Source: Takakia lepidozioides
Lineage: Eukaryota; Plantae; Bryophyta
DNA: 64,000 nucleotides
Direction: 5' to 3'
NCBI GenBank assembly: GCA_030704615.1
Contig: CM060733.1
Span: 19,716,001-19,780,000 of the forward strand
Part shown: piece by piece, positions 25,440-38,230 of the stretch
Layout of the letters: each line of letters opens with the position of its first letter
Position numbering within the stretch: the first letter of the stretch is position 1
Program-made: the position numbers and the translations under genes
The notes under the pieces: generated by a model
Told to the model about the DNA's origin: nothing
The model's input: only the letters and a program-made list of their open reading frames with translations
Databases searched by the model: none

Positions 25440-25870
25440 AGTGCAGAGAGGTCCTAGTAAGCATCAGCCTGGTCCTGGACAGAACGACAGCAGAGATCTT
25501 GGGAGGATATGCAGGAAAATCTGCAAGTAATTTGGACTGTTAATAACTGAACTAGGACACAAGGTGTATGACACTGGGCTGCCTGGCACAGTTGCTAGCT
25601 CTACATACTCTTCATACTATCTCCATGGTGAAATAAAACGAAAGCAAAGCTTCACGCATGTTTTGTCCTCTTTGCAAGGGCTGCAAGAGTTAAGCCTGAG
25701 GGGGTGTGGAAGACTTGAGCGGCTGCCAGAGACTCGGAAAGCTGACACGTATTCAGAAGATTATCTCAGTCTGTGCACTGCACTCAAATGCATCCCCTGC
25801 ACAATTGGCAATTTGCCAGAGTTGCAGCCTGGACCTCACAGGCTGATGGTGAAGCATTGCAACAGGCCAG
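25440..25870 (+). pseudogene. Degenerate NLR-type leucine-rich repeat remnant
   Basis: LQGLQELSLRGCGRLERLPE and LSLCTALKCIPCTIGNLPELQ fit the plant NLR LRR consensus LxxLxLxxCxxLxxLP. Upstream VLVSISLV...RDLGRI resembles the NB-ARC winged-helix end. Confidence 0.55.
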
Positions 25871-27255
25871 CAGATATAACAAAAAAATCTTCAACTACGT
25901 GTTATAAGTTAGAAGCAAAAGTATATCTTGCCCACAATGACAACCTTTAGGTGGTACCTGAGTGACAGACCTCTCAATCAGATAATTGGGAGAAAAAAAA
26001 TTAGAGGGCCTGCTCTGGCATTCACCAGTCGAAAATGCTCTCGACCTCTCTATTGGGAGCCCCACAACAGTTTCTGGGCCTTGGAACCAGTAGCAAAGCC
26101 AAGCCTACTATTACACTGAAGATGATACGCAAGGAATTCCCACGCAACAAAATGAAATGAGCAAGCCAAAATCAGAAAAAAATAAGACGGCATTCACTGG
26201 ATCTGTTCCAATATTTGCTGGGCATAAACTGAAAAGTATTTTGAAGTTGAAGAACTGGTGGAGTGATACTCATAAACATAAGGAAATCAAGATCCTCCCA
26301 GATGATTGGCACTAGGTTTGCATTTCTTTATTTATGGGGATTCTGCCAGTGGGAACCACGACCATTTCCAGGAAAGTCACGTCCAGATTGAGAAATTGTG
26401 TTTCTAAATTGTCGCTGAAGCTAGTCCAGTCTGCAAGTGAAGAAGTGACTCGATCGAAAGAACTTACTTGCTCTTGCTGTATTCAATCTCAATATGCAAG
26501 CAATCCTCTATTCCCACCTCCATCTGCCATGTGCACCCCATTTGGATGAGAACTCAGAAATCGAATGCCTAGATACAGAAAACCCAACTCAAAAGTATGT
26601 TGGGTAAAGTCAACTATACTGCACAGAACCATGGCACATCTAATCAGGCAAATCTAACTGGTGAAGCATGCCATGTGGTACCCTTAAGAGCTCAAAATTC
26701 TCACAATAGGGACCTACATAGCAACCACCAGCTCACCTTAATGCTATTGTTGATCTCTGGTGGAGACGAACGTTCCGCAGAAAGAGACAAGAGACAGAAT
26801 GACATGTAGATTTTCACCAAAGCAGGGAAAATGACATCAAGGGATTACGAAGTCCATAAATGGATCGACAATAAAGCAGGGCACCGAAGAACTCCCGTAT
26901 AAGAACCAGGCAATCATTCGCAAATACGTGGACCGAGAGCTCTACTCAAACCAAATTTTGAAGGCATTCACTCCCAGGGATTTGCGCCTGACAGCAGACA
27001 TTGCTTCACATAACTCAAGCTAAAGCACCTATTAAATCAGGCGACAAAGTTACCCTGCCAGTTGCAACAGGGAAATTCCAACCGAGAAAAGGGTAAGATG
27101 TTTCCATTACAATGACCAGAACCGAGGTCCACTTACAAAGATATTCAAGTCATTCAAGTCAAGAGATTCAAGGTTACACACACGACTAATCTAGAGCAAC
27201 AACATGGCTTTTCCAAAAACTGGGAGCGCTTAAACTCTTCACTCACCGTCTCGAA

Positions 27256-27597
27256 TTAGTTGGTAAAGAGACTCTCGTCGATATCAATGTGAATGTACTC
27301 GCCATCATCAAACGGGTCCTTCTTTTTGGGCCTCGGGGGCAAAGGGGTAACAGCCAGTCCGCTGCCCTTCGACGAGTCCTTGGGACGACAATTTCCAAAA
27401 GAACCACGGAACCTCTTTCCCTTTGCAGTCCTCTTGTCACCCCTTCCGCAAACAATTGACGGGTACCGCCCACAGACGGCCATGGAAGCAGATGAAGCTG
27501 GGGAGCATGATGCCTGCATCAGAGTGTTCTCCGCCAACACAACGGCAGATGACAACCCACAAGCTCCCGCGACCACAGCAGCTTGCAGACTAGCCAT
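27256..27597 (-). CDS. PSRP4: Plastid-specific 30S ribosomal protein S31 (PSRP4 / bTHX), intronless
   Basis: Ala/Ser-rich transit peptide followed by CGRGDKRTAKGKRFRGSFGNCRPK and PLPPRPKKKDPFDDGE. Confidence 0.93.
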   Translation of the reverse strand: MASLQAAVVAGACGLSSAVVLAENTLMQASCSPASSASMAVCGRYPSIVCGRGDKRTAKGKRFRGSFGNCRPKDSSKGSGLAVTPLPPRPKKKDPFDDGEYIHIDIDESLFTN

Positions 27598-28162
27598 TGC
27601 TGATGCTTTCCCTCCTGCCCACAAGCTGTGATGAGTAGCTTGCCCTCCGCTCACTCTGTGGCTATGGCGGACACTAGGCAGCACCCGCGAAGATAAGCCC
27701 CACTCGGTCATCTGCTTCCATGTTTGTCATCCATTTCCGTCGATGCCTTTTCCACCAAAGTGATGCGAGGGGATATACCTAGTGCAGAGAGGTCCTAGTA
27801 AGCATCAGCCTGGTCCCGCTTGGGAGGATATGCAGAAATATCTGAAAGATTGTCTGTGAGGGAACAAATGTCTACTCACGTTGCTTAACATGAAGCCATG
27901 ACTTTGCGAGAAAAGCGTGGGTCTGGGAAACTGACAAAGAAACACAAAGATACACATACAGGCATAGGAAAAGACTTCTATGCGGGCCAGGAAAGATGAG
28001 AAGCACAAAGGGTTGTGGTTCTCACCCGACCTGTGACTTCATGCAAGTTATAGTCTATGTGTGTGGCTCTTGTTTGACAGAACAATGAGGATTTGGGGTT
28101 AGCATAGAGAGGGAGTAAGGGAGATTGACAAGCTGGATGAGGAGCCTGGTGGTGCATGCACG

Positions 28163-30115
28163 GTGTGGGTTGCAGCAAAAACTATCTTCTGCTCTCCTGG
28201 GGATGGCAGCCTGCTCCGGGGTTCTCCTCAGTGCGCATGCGGACCCCATACCCAAGGCCCTGTCTTTTCGTCTCGACCATTCGAGAGCCCTTTGAAAAAT
28301 CAAGGCACCTCCACCATGATGACCGCTCCTAAAAGAGGACCAAGAGAGTGGGTTCACAAGATCTCTTCTGGCACCTGTGGCGCACATGTGAGGATGCTTT
28401 GTGAGGCAGGACAACTGAAAGAGGCTCTGAGCATTTTGAATCATGTAGGTATTTCAACAGATTTCGCTACCTATGTCTGCCTCTTGCGTAAGTGCACCAA
28501 GATGAAAGGCCTAGCAGCAGGAAAACAGGTGCATGCCCACATTATTCAATGTGGATTCAAGCCCAATGTGTTTCTACACAACACCCTTGTCAACATGTAT
28601 GTCAAGTGTGGGAGCATTGTGGATGCACACCGAGTGTTTGCCAAAATGCCTGAACGAGGTGTGGTTACGTGGAACATAATGATAGCAGGATTTACCAAGC
28701 ATGGGTATGGTAGGAATGCCTTGGAGACCTATGAGCAAATGATACAGGAGGGGGTGAAGCCTGACCAGGTCACATTCGTCTGCATTTGCAAGGCGTGTGC
28801 GAGCCTGGCAGCTCTTGGAAAGGGCACAGAGGTGCATGCTGACATCATGAAATCTGGACTTGTACCACATATGGGTGTGAACAATTCCCTCGTGGATATG
28901 TATGCCAAATGTGGGAGCATCAAGGATGCGAAGGGAGTGTTTGACAACATGGCTGAACGTGATGTGGTATCATGGAGTGTGATGATTGCAGGATATGCCC
29001 AGCATGGGTGTGGGATAGAGGCTTTGGAGACCTATGAGCAAATGATGCAGGAAGGGGTGAAGCCTGACCAGATCACGTTTGTTTGCGTTTGCAATGCATG
29101 CGCAAGCCTGGCAGCCCTGGAAAAGGGCAAAAAGGTCCATGCTGACATCGTGAAAGCTGGAATTGTACCAAATATGATTCTGAATACCACCCTCATGGAC
29201 ATGTATGCTAAATGTGGGAGCATTGAGGATGCAAAGGGAGTGTTCAACAATATGGCAGAAAGAAATGTGGTTGCATGGAGTGCGATGATCTCAGGATATG
29301 CGCAGCATGGGTATGAGATGGAGGCTTTGGAGACCTATGAGCAAATGATGCGGGAAGGGGTGAAGCCAGACCAGGTCACTTTTATTTGCGTTTGCAATGC
29401 GTGTGCGAGCCTGGCAGCCCTGGAAAAGGGCAAAGAGGTCCATACTGCCATCATGAAAGCCAGACTTGTACCAAGTATGACTCTGAACAATACCCTCATG
29501 GACATGTATGTCAAATGCGGGAGCGTTGAGGAAGCAAAGGGAGTGTTTGACAATATGGCTGCACGAAATGTGGTGTCATGGAGTGTGATGATCGCAGGAT
29601 ATGCCAAGCATGGTTGTCTTAGGGAAGCCCTGCAATTGTTTGAAGGAATGCAAAAGGACGGCTTGAAGCCGAACAGTATCACCTTTCTGTCTGTCCTCCA
29701 AGCATGTAACCATGGGGGCCTCATTGATGAAGGCAGACACTACTTCGATTCCCTGTGTCAAGATTGTGGCCTCACTCCTGCAGTGGAGCACTTTGGCTGC
29801 ATGGTGGACCTTCTTGGCCGTTCAGGGCAATTGGATGAGGCTGAGGACTTCATTAACAAAATGCCAGTCCATCCAGATGCTGTGGTGTGGAAAGCCTTGC
29901 TTGGTGCCTGCAGAATTCATGGCAATGTAGAGGTGGCTGAACGTGCAGCACAATCTATTCTTAAATGGGATCAACAGGAGCCACATCTTATGTGTTACTA
30001 GCAAATATCTATGCTGCAGCTGGCAGATGGGACGATACTGACAAGTAAGAAAAATGATGGGATTCAGGTGTCAGAATGCGCCTATGTCCTCACTGCATTG
30101 AGGTTGGCAACTGCA
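28163..30115 (+). pseudogene. Second PLS-class PPR gene, paralogue of 11927-15130, frameshifted in the E domain and lacking DYW (truncated gene or pseudogene)
   Basis: 303-bp PLS triplets. Shares LAAGKQVHAHIIQCGFKPN with the first gene. After a frameshift at ~29978 the expected SYVLLANIYAAAGRWDD...CIEVGN continues to ~30112, where homology ends. Confidence 0.85.
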
Positions 30116-32730
30116 GGCAGTTTTTGGCTAATATCACATTGTATGAACTACCAGCCCTCAGAAAAGCCATGACCGGAAACTTCTGGTTAGTTATGTGTGG
30201 CTACCTGCGTTCCTATCACCTGCCTACCCACTGTGGAATCCAAGCTCGTGACTAAGGGGTTGCAAGAGCACACACCTTGACACACCTTCCCTACTTTGTT
30301 AACTAAGGCCCCGGCTGCACCTGCCAGTTAGGAAGTCAATTAGGTTAGCTAATTGGCGTTAGCGGCACGGCGATGGCCGCACCTGCCGATTAGGAAGCCG
30401 CTTAGCTAACCAGCTATTAACTTCCGTAAACCTGTAACGGGGAGAGGGCCGAGATTTAACACCTTCTCCATGAGGTGTTAAATCTTGGTCTGCAATTAAA
30501 AATCGGGCAGCGAGGCTCCTGCCAGCCCGTTGTCACTGCTTCGTTGATCACCTTGGAAATGGTATGGATTCATGAATCCTTCTAGTCCAGTGCAGCATGA
30601 GCAAGAGAGAGCAGAAAGAATACTGGCATTTGTCATTAGATCTGATGCTCAATGCACCTGAAGGCACACAACTCTTCGTGAATGCCATGGCTTGCGCGAG
30701 TGGAGTTTGCAGAGGATGGTGACAGTACCTTGGGATGCATTGCTGCCAGGACAAGATCAAATGTCCAAACAGAGGTAAGCTTTGAGATCCAGTTCTCAGG
30801 GGATGCGCAGTGCAGGAGAACATCAGGCACCTAATGAGACACTGACCAGAATCCAAGCCCACAAGCACAACATTGGTCCCTGTTGTCACATTTTTTCCAT
30901 CTTGATCATGCTGCATGCTTGTGTTCCCTAGTTTTTGACTATGGCTTGTTTCTCTTTCCTCTGCTCCCACAGCCATCAGAGCAGCTGCAAATTGCTACTG
31001 CCAGCTGCTTCTCTCATAGAGCGACAACAATGTCAAGCTCATTATATAACTCGATCGACTGTAGGAGCTTAAGGCCTATCACATAGAGGTGAAAGGTAGA
31101 GATAATAATGGATGTACTATGGGCTCTTTCGAGTCCAAACCTTGATATTAGCCGTTAAACTCTAGACATTGCATTGGATCTCATCACCCCGAGAAACATA
31201 GACAAGGTGGTGATTACTGGGGGCAACCAGGGTATTGAGGGGTGTTGCATTGGATTTATTAACCGCAAGGTCTAGGCCGTAAACCCTAATAGTTTCCTTT
31301 AAAGACGAAAATGAGGGGAGCAAATCCAAGCTCATATCCACCTAGTAGGTTATTTGAGACCATTCCACATACCCTACTATATACCCGGCTTAACCCTATA
31401 TACCAGTACAACACTCGTATGAACAAGTAAGTTGATTTATCGGGGGACATGGCATTCCATACAAGGTGCTTGGCGCTAAAATCCTCCCCCCTGAGATGCC
31501 ATTCTCTCTAACTAAGAGATCCCCCCCCTGTTTTTTGTTTTTTTTGGTTTTTTTTTGTTTTTTCCCCCCGTTCTGTTAGAAAAAAGAACAAAAAAGAAAA
31601 GAAAAGTAAAAGAAATCCTGGCCGGGATTAAATCCCCTTTCCCTAGCCACGAAATATTACCCTGACACAGAATATTCTGTGAAATAGGGGAATATTCCGG
31701 GTACCGGACTTGACTGTATTCCGCAGACGCTGCTGCAGCACAAGTAGAGCTCCAACGGTCCGTTCCCATTTCAAACTTGATCTCTCTCGTGCTTTTCGTT
31801 TTTTCTCTGCAGCAGAGCGCCGGACATGGATTAGGGCTGCTGCCTTGTGTCCGCCTTGTGCGATGGCACATCGGTAGCCCGGGCTAGATGTAGTTTCGTG
31901 TTACGCATTGCTTTCTGCAATGGCGCTCGCGCAGGATACCCATCGCGCTTATTTTAGGACTGGTACAAGGTTACGCTGTGGCTTTACAAGAGGTATTCAC
32001 TCCCTGTCTCTTACACACTCAACTAGATCCAAAAACTCTTCCCTGTCTCTTACACACTCACCTAGATCCAAAAACTCTTAAGTGCCGTGACAGTTGATGT
32101 GAAGTAGAGACGTGCTTTCTTACATCTGAATCCATCATAGATGTATCCTTGATACTTTTCATGTCTTTTCTTCGAGTGGACTAAGAAATGCAGTTACTAA
32201 CGATTCAACCGTTGTACATGTACTGTTGAATTAAGAAGCAACTGGAAGGGGCTACTGGCTCAGTGCCCTTTTGGCGAGAGAGAGAGAGAGAGAGCGCCTT
32301 GCTTGTCCATACCCTGATTCCGTGAACCGATGCAGAAGTTGGAGCTGAATGCACTCGGTGTCTTTGTCAAGCCAAAAGTGTAACATAGCACAAATCGTAA
32401 TCATTCACGCCCTCTGCCTGATTATTCCAAGAAACACTTACCCCGCCTCTTAACCGCGGTTTCTGGCACGGACCTATTCAGGGCTTCTTAACTAAGTCTT
32501 AAGGCTCTCGATGGATGGTTACGGCCAAAACGTCTATCTGTTTGGGGTTTGTCCTCTGTCTAAGTTCCCTGTTTTTCTTCTTCTCCTCTCTCATGTAGAA
32601 CGTCATGATGTTTGACGAATTTTAGGGGCAGGGAGACACAAATCGTAGGAGGCAGGCAGCAAGATTGGATGGGCAAGGATACAACGTTATCTGCGGATGG
32701 CTTGATGGCTTGAGAGCGCCGTTGGACGTT

Positions 32731-35700
32731 ATGATGGAGAAGGAGAACTTAGTGCCCAGCAGGGTTCACAGGCCAGAACTTGGGTCAGGTGGAGTAGGTC
32801 CATTACGAGCGAAGAGTAAGACTGGCAGTGACCACAGGTCAACCTCGGTTTTGAAGGAGTCCCACCAGCAAAACCAGGTAACTTTCTGTTCCTGGTTATC
32901 CTATGTTGCAGACATATACACTGTTTCTGCATGTCCCTTCGCGGGCAATGTGTTTGCCATATTTCATGTTGCCCTGTGTGTCTTAATATTTGGTGTCTTC
33001 ATACTTGTCACACCTGTAATTTAGGCATCTGAATAGGACACAGCTTGGTGATAATAAGCCACGAACCGTGCCATAAATTAGGATTATTACCAGCAGAAGT
33101 GCCCATGCCTTGTCATTGTATCTTCTCATACTGCTGGATCCTGCATAGTGCCCTGCTTTTACCAACGCACTAGCCCATGTGCTCAAACACAGCTTTACTT
33201 CGTTTGTGCAGGGAGCTACGTCAGTGCCAGCAAGCAAGGCAAGCCTAGGAGCTCTTGAAAAGGACAGAGTCAACTTAGTCTCTTCAGATCTTTCCAAGGG
33301 AAGGACAACACTTGGAAAACTGGACACATTCAAAGAAAGACTGGGACAACTAAAAAGTGCCAGCGGACAGAAGCACCTATCCCACAAATATGTACAAACA
33401 CATGAACCGTCCTCAGTGCCGGACTTGGGAAGTCGGGGATTCACAGCAAGCACGGCTAGTGGGAGCAAGCTTGAAATTTATTGTGATGTTCACTTACTCA
33501 GCTCTAGTCCACGAGGCCTGACTATAGACAGGTTGAGAGATGAGAGTCAGAGGCGCTTGCGGGAACCACCCTCCATGAATTCAAATGGGTCGGTCTTGCC
33601 CCACTCATTGTCTGTAGGTTCGAATGGATGTGAGAGAGGCAGTGGATTTGGGTCTCATGTGAAGGCATTATCTTCATCAAAATTTTCTCGAAGCAGCAAT
33701 GGCACACCATACAAAAAGGGGCCTCCTCCTCCAGAGGATGATGATGCCATAGGTCAGTTATTCATGTCCCAATCAACTACTCTCACAAACCTCCTACTAT
33801 CAGTAACTTATTGACCACATAGGGTGCAATACCTAGGTTGAAGCAAAGCTCATTCAAGTATTGGATGCATATTCCCTTCCTGATGTGAACTTTGTTACAA
33901 GCAGCTAGCATCTTTCTCACAGAGGAGCGAAGGCAAGACAACAGAAACGGAATGCGAGATGACACAAATGAGAGACAACATGATGGGGTCAATTTGAGCC
34001 TGTTTGAAGTCAGGAAAAACATGCCAAATGGAGAAGAAGGGAGTGAGGTTAGTCCTGCAAACCTCAGTGGGGGAAACATGACGACTGTGACTCTACATAC
34101 AGGCATGTTTGGAAAAGCAGTGAATGATACTAATGAAAGCTCCCACATCACTGGCAACAGCAGCAGTGGGAGTAGCAGTGGCGCTTGGCCTGTACTGGAT
34201 GAAGGAAATGTGGAAGAGACAGTTCGGAATCAACATCCTTCTCTCCCCAGTGTCGTGGTGGAGGAATCTAGTTCTGGTATTGGAGCTCCCGCTGTGGCCG
34301 TTACGTGCCCCAAGCTTTACAAGCGTGTTAAGCCTAAATTTTCTGGTAAGCTAGCAGGATAGGCACCCCCCTTTTCATTAGTCCATGTACAGGACCATTG
34401 TTTATAACTCTTCGTCTGCCATGGGTTGAGAATGTTGGGATGCTGTCGATGGGTGCTTCGTCTCCATGTGAACGAGAGAATGTACCCATAAGCTGTTGTT
34501 TGTGTGAGGGAGGGACGGAGGGACGGAGGGAGGGAGGGGGAGCAAGGGCGAGAGAGGGCGAGAGAGGGAGCGAGTCCTTGAAGAGGTGGAAAAGAGACCC
34601 AATTAATGTGTTAACAAAGGAGAGTACCATTGCTTTGCCTATTCTGTTGGTGCAGGCCCTGCAAGACGAGTATTGAGGGAAAATAAGGATGCAACCAGCC
34701 AAGGGTCAGAAGTGTTAGTGGACAACAACAAGATGAATCCTGAGAGCATCCAAGGCTCTTTGGCCTGCAACATAAATGAAGATGGTAATGGTAACGGTGA
34801 TTTTTCAGTTGATCCTAGGAAGCGAAAAGCTGAGGGGGAGCCTTCCGGTGGGGATACCTCTCTGCTTTTAACAGGGGAACCTTCTCCTGGGAACTCCTCT
34901 CTACTTTGGACAGATGATGGTGTGGCAGGTGCCAATTATAGCCCTTGCAGTAGGGGCCTGGACAACCCGTTGGACAAGCAAAAGAAACTTACGAACCTCC
35001 AAGGGCATGAGAGAGGGCAAGACAATGCTGGGAGAAAGATCGGGAGTAGGATTAGTCCAGAGGTATACACTAATGGGGGTCTGGTAACTCCAGAGCTTGT
35101 GGATGCGGCATTGTACTCTGAAGGGCAGAAGAAAGGGTCTAGTAGACATGATGGAGAACCATGCGTATCAAGGACATCAAGAGAATCTGTAGCACTCGCT
35201 AACTCTTCTCCTGCTTTGGCCAAGCTACAGACACACATGGAGGGCATGCGTCTACATTATGGTGCCTCAGTAAGAGTCCTCTCTCTATTTCTACTATGTT
35301 TGGTCCACCCTCTTTGTATCATAAGCTCTTTAAGCATCCAGTTGATGTCACAAAGTATCGTTGTTTCCTTCTCACCCATGGGTCCTCATGGCCTTTTGTG
35401 GATGTTACGAACTTTGTCTCTTTCTTCTCTTCTCACGAGACTTCCTCTTGAATTCCAATATTCCATGGAAGAGTAATCATACTGGAAGTTTGCGCGTGAA
35501 GCCTTGTTCTTAGGCTCTTTATGTTTGCTTGCACATCGGACTTAGTATTAGGTTGCAAGCTGATTGTTCTCCGTTTGTGCAGGAAACTGGGTCAGCTTCT
35601 GCGGCTCCCAAGCCCTTTATGGTCTCTTCAAGCACGGATGGCTTGAAAGCAAAAGATGAAGATAGCCTGCTTGCAAGGGGATCAACCACTGTTGAGGAAG

Positions 35701-38230
35701 CCCCCAAAAATCCTGGTGTTGACAGCCCCTCTAACTCCCTTGGTTCCATATCCTTTTTAGAGAGGACTGCACAGGGGACAACTGCTCCATCGAAACAATC
35801 CTCAAAAGGACTAACTTATAGCCCCCCCCCTCTTGTATCTTCCTCTGTTGGGCAACCTCTGCCAGCAATAATCTCGGAAACTGCTTCCTTGACTGGCTAT
35901 TCGGTTGTGACTTCTCAGACTCTTGATATTCCACAAAAGGCCTCTTCACCAGACCCCCTACCAGAATGGGATGGCAGCCCCACGGCGGTTGAATACTCAG
36001 ACACCAATGGCCAGGCAGGGGTGATGACAAGTGTTGCTTTTCCTGAACTCCCAGTGCATGGGGTAGTTCCTTCAAAGTGCAATACTGAAGTATCTGTACG
36101 CCATGGAGCAAGAGAGGAAGGGTTGGAAAAGGTAGGAGGAAAAACTACTCCTGCCTCCCTACCAGATGCGGAATTATGTGTGAGGTCCACCTCAAGGCCT
36201 GAGACTGAGAGCTTTGTGTGGGTGAACAATAAACGGTACCAAAAAATTGGAAAGATTGGCAAGGGCGGCAGCAGTGAGGTGTTCAAAGTCATTGCCTCTG
36301 ACTGCACCATATATGCGCTCAAACGAATCAACCTTAAGGGGCGTGATTATGTTGCTGCACGTGGTTTCTATCAAGAAATTGGGTACCTGCAGCGCTTGCA
36401 TGGGAAGCGTCACATTATTCAGTTGATAGACTACGAGGTAACTGCCCGCATGGCTGGTTTTGGGCTCTTGAAATTTATCAAGGTAGACGGGGTGCGCTGA
36501 AGGAACAGGAAGACATTGCACTAATAATTGGCTACGATAGTTTGAAATCAAAGATGCAAGACCCCTGGTTGGAGGGTAGGGATTAAAAGGAGCCAGGAAT
36601 GAATCAAATAGTGGGTGGTGAGGGGTGCAGAATGGATCAAGTCTGAGGACTTCTAAAGGGCAAATAATTTGATTATGATGTAATCTAGAGTTAAGAGTGA
36701 ACACAGCAACTGATGGTGTAACCGGCTGATTTGGACAGGTCACAAACAAGAGCCTGCTGGAGAAGACTATACAGGGAGGAGACATTACCATGGATGCATT
36801 TATTTACATGGTGCTTGAATATGGGGAGATTGACCTTGCATGCATGTTGTCGGCCAAGCGTAAGGAAATGCAGAGCAACCCTGAACATCAGCTTGATGAG
36901 AACTGGCTTCGACTTTATTGGCAGGTACACATCTTCACTTTTCTTCTGTCTCTCCCTCTTCTCTTCCTCTCCTATGTAGGAGATTTTCAAGCTACAGTCT
37001 ATATAAGACAATCCAGTCCTACAAGCAAGGAGTTTGATTAAACTCATGCACAGAAATTTACCATGGCGACTGCCTAGCACCAGCTTCTACAGTCCCTAAA
37101 ACTATTGGTGTTTTTTATTTTATTTTATTGTTTTGGAAAAGGGTAGCGTTTTTCTGTTTTCACTATTGTACGTCTCATCTTTGCTGTGGTGTCTCTATCC
37201 ATGGAACTGGTCATTTGTGAACTTTGTAGGCATTGGCTCAAGCCAGGTGGAATCAATCTGACCTCAAACAGCTACTGTTGGTGTTCCACAGCATATATTG
37301 GAGGCTGTACGTACAATCCATGAGGAGCGAATTGTGCACTCTGACCTGAAACCTGCCAATTTCTTATTGGTGAAAGGAGAACTGAAACTCATCGATTTTG
37401 GTATTGCGAAAGCAATCCAGAATGACACCACCAACATTGTTCGCGAATCTCAGGTACTTTTCTCTCCTTTCAACTTCTTGGATGCTCTTTGAGTACTTCT
37501 TTCAAAGATTAAGGAGAGGGATCTATCATAAGGTTTGGTTAAATTTATGATCCGAAAGTAAATGTCTGTATCCTGCAGGAAGGTAGCTCAGTTCCCATGC
37601 TTGTTGTGTTGTTTCTCAGACAGTAGGCAGAGAATTGAACACCGAATGTGAGAGCAGCAGTGAGAGAGACAGAGAGGAGATTGAGGGAGAGAAAGAGTGA
37701 TGTAGCAGAGAGAGATGGCTACAAGTCTTCAGTCAATGAAATGATAGCTTTATTTGCAGGTGGGCACATTGAACTACATGTCGCCAGAAGCATTCATGCA
37801 GAACACAAAAGATGATGATGGCACCGAGATCAAAATTGGGCGGGCGTCTGACATCTGGTCACTGGGCTGTATACTCTACCAAATGGTGTACGGCCACACG
37901 CCCTTTGCACACCTCTCCTTCTACTCTAAAATCAAGGCCATCACTAATCCTAAGCACAAGATCGATTATGCTCCGGTGTCTAACCCCTGGCTTTTAGACA
38001 TTATGAACAATTGCTTGACATGGGATCGCCGTAAGCGCCTTCGTATACCAGAGCTTTTGCAGCACCCATTTTTGCGACCAGATTTAGCCCCGCCTTTTGG
38101 GCCCATGGGGAATCCCCAGAGCAATGGCTGTTTGAATACTGAGCAGCATTTGCAGAATATCCTTAGCCAAGTGCCAGCGGATGCACTTGCAGCTGTGAGC
38201 CGACAGCTGCAGGAGCTGCTCAGGGTTTAG
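32731..38230 (+). CDS. MPS1: MPS1/TTK spindle-checkpoint kinase, 8 exons: 32731-32877, 33212-33752, ~33902-34345, 34656-35269, 35583-36437, 36739-36924, 37292-37453, 37760-38230
   Basis: [102 protein letters not shown]. All intron phases are compatible. Confidence 0.95.
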
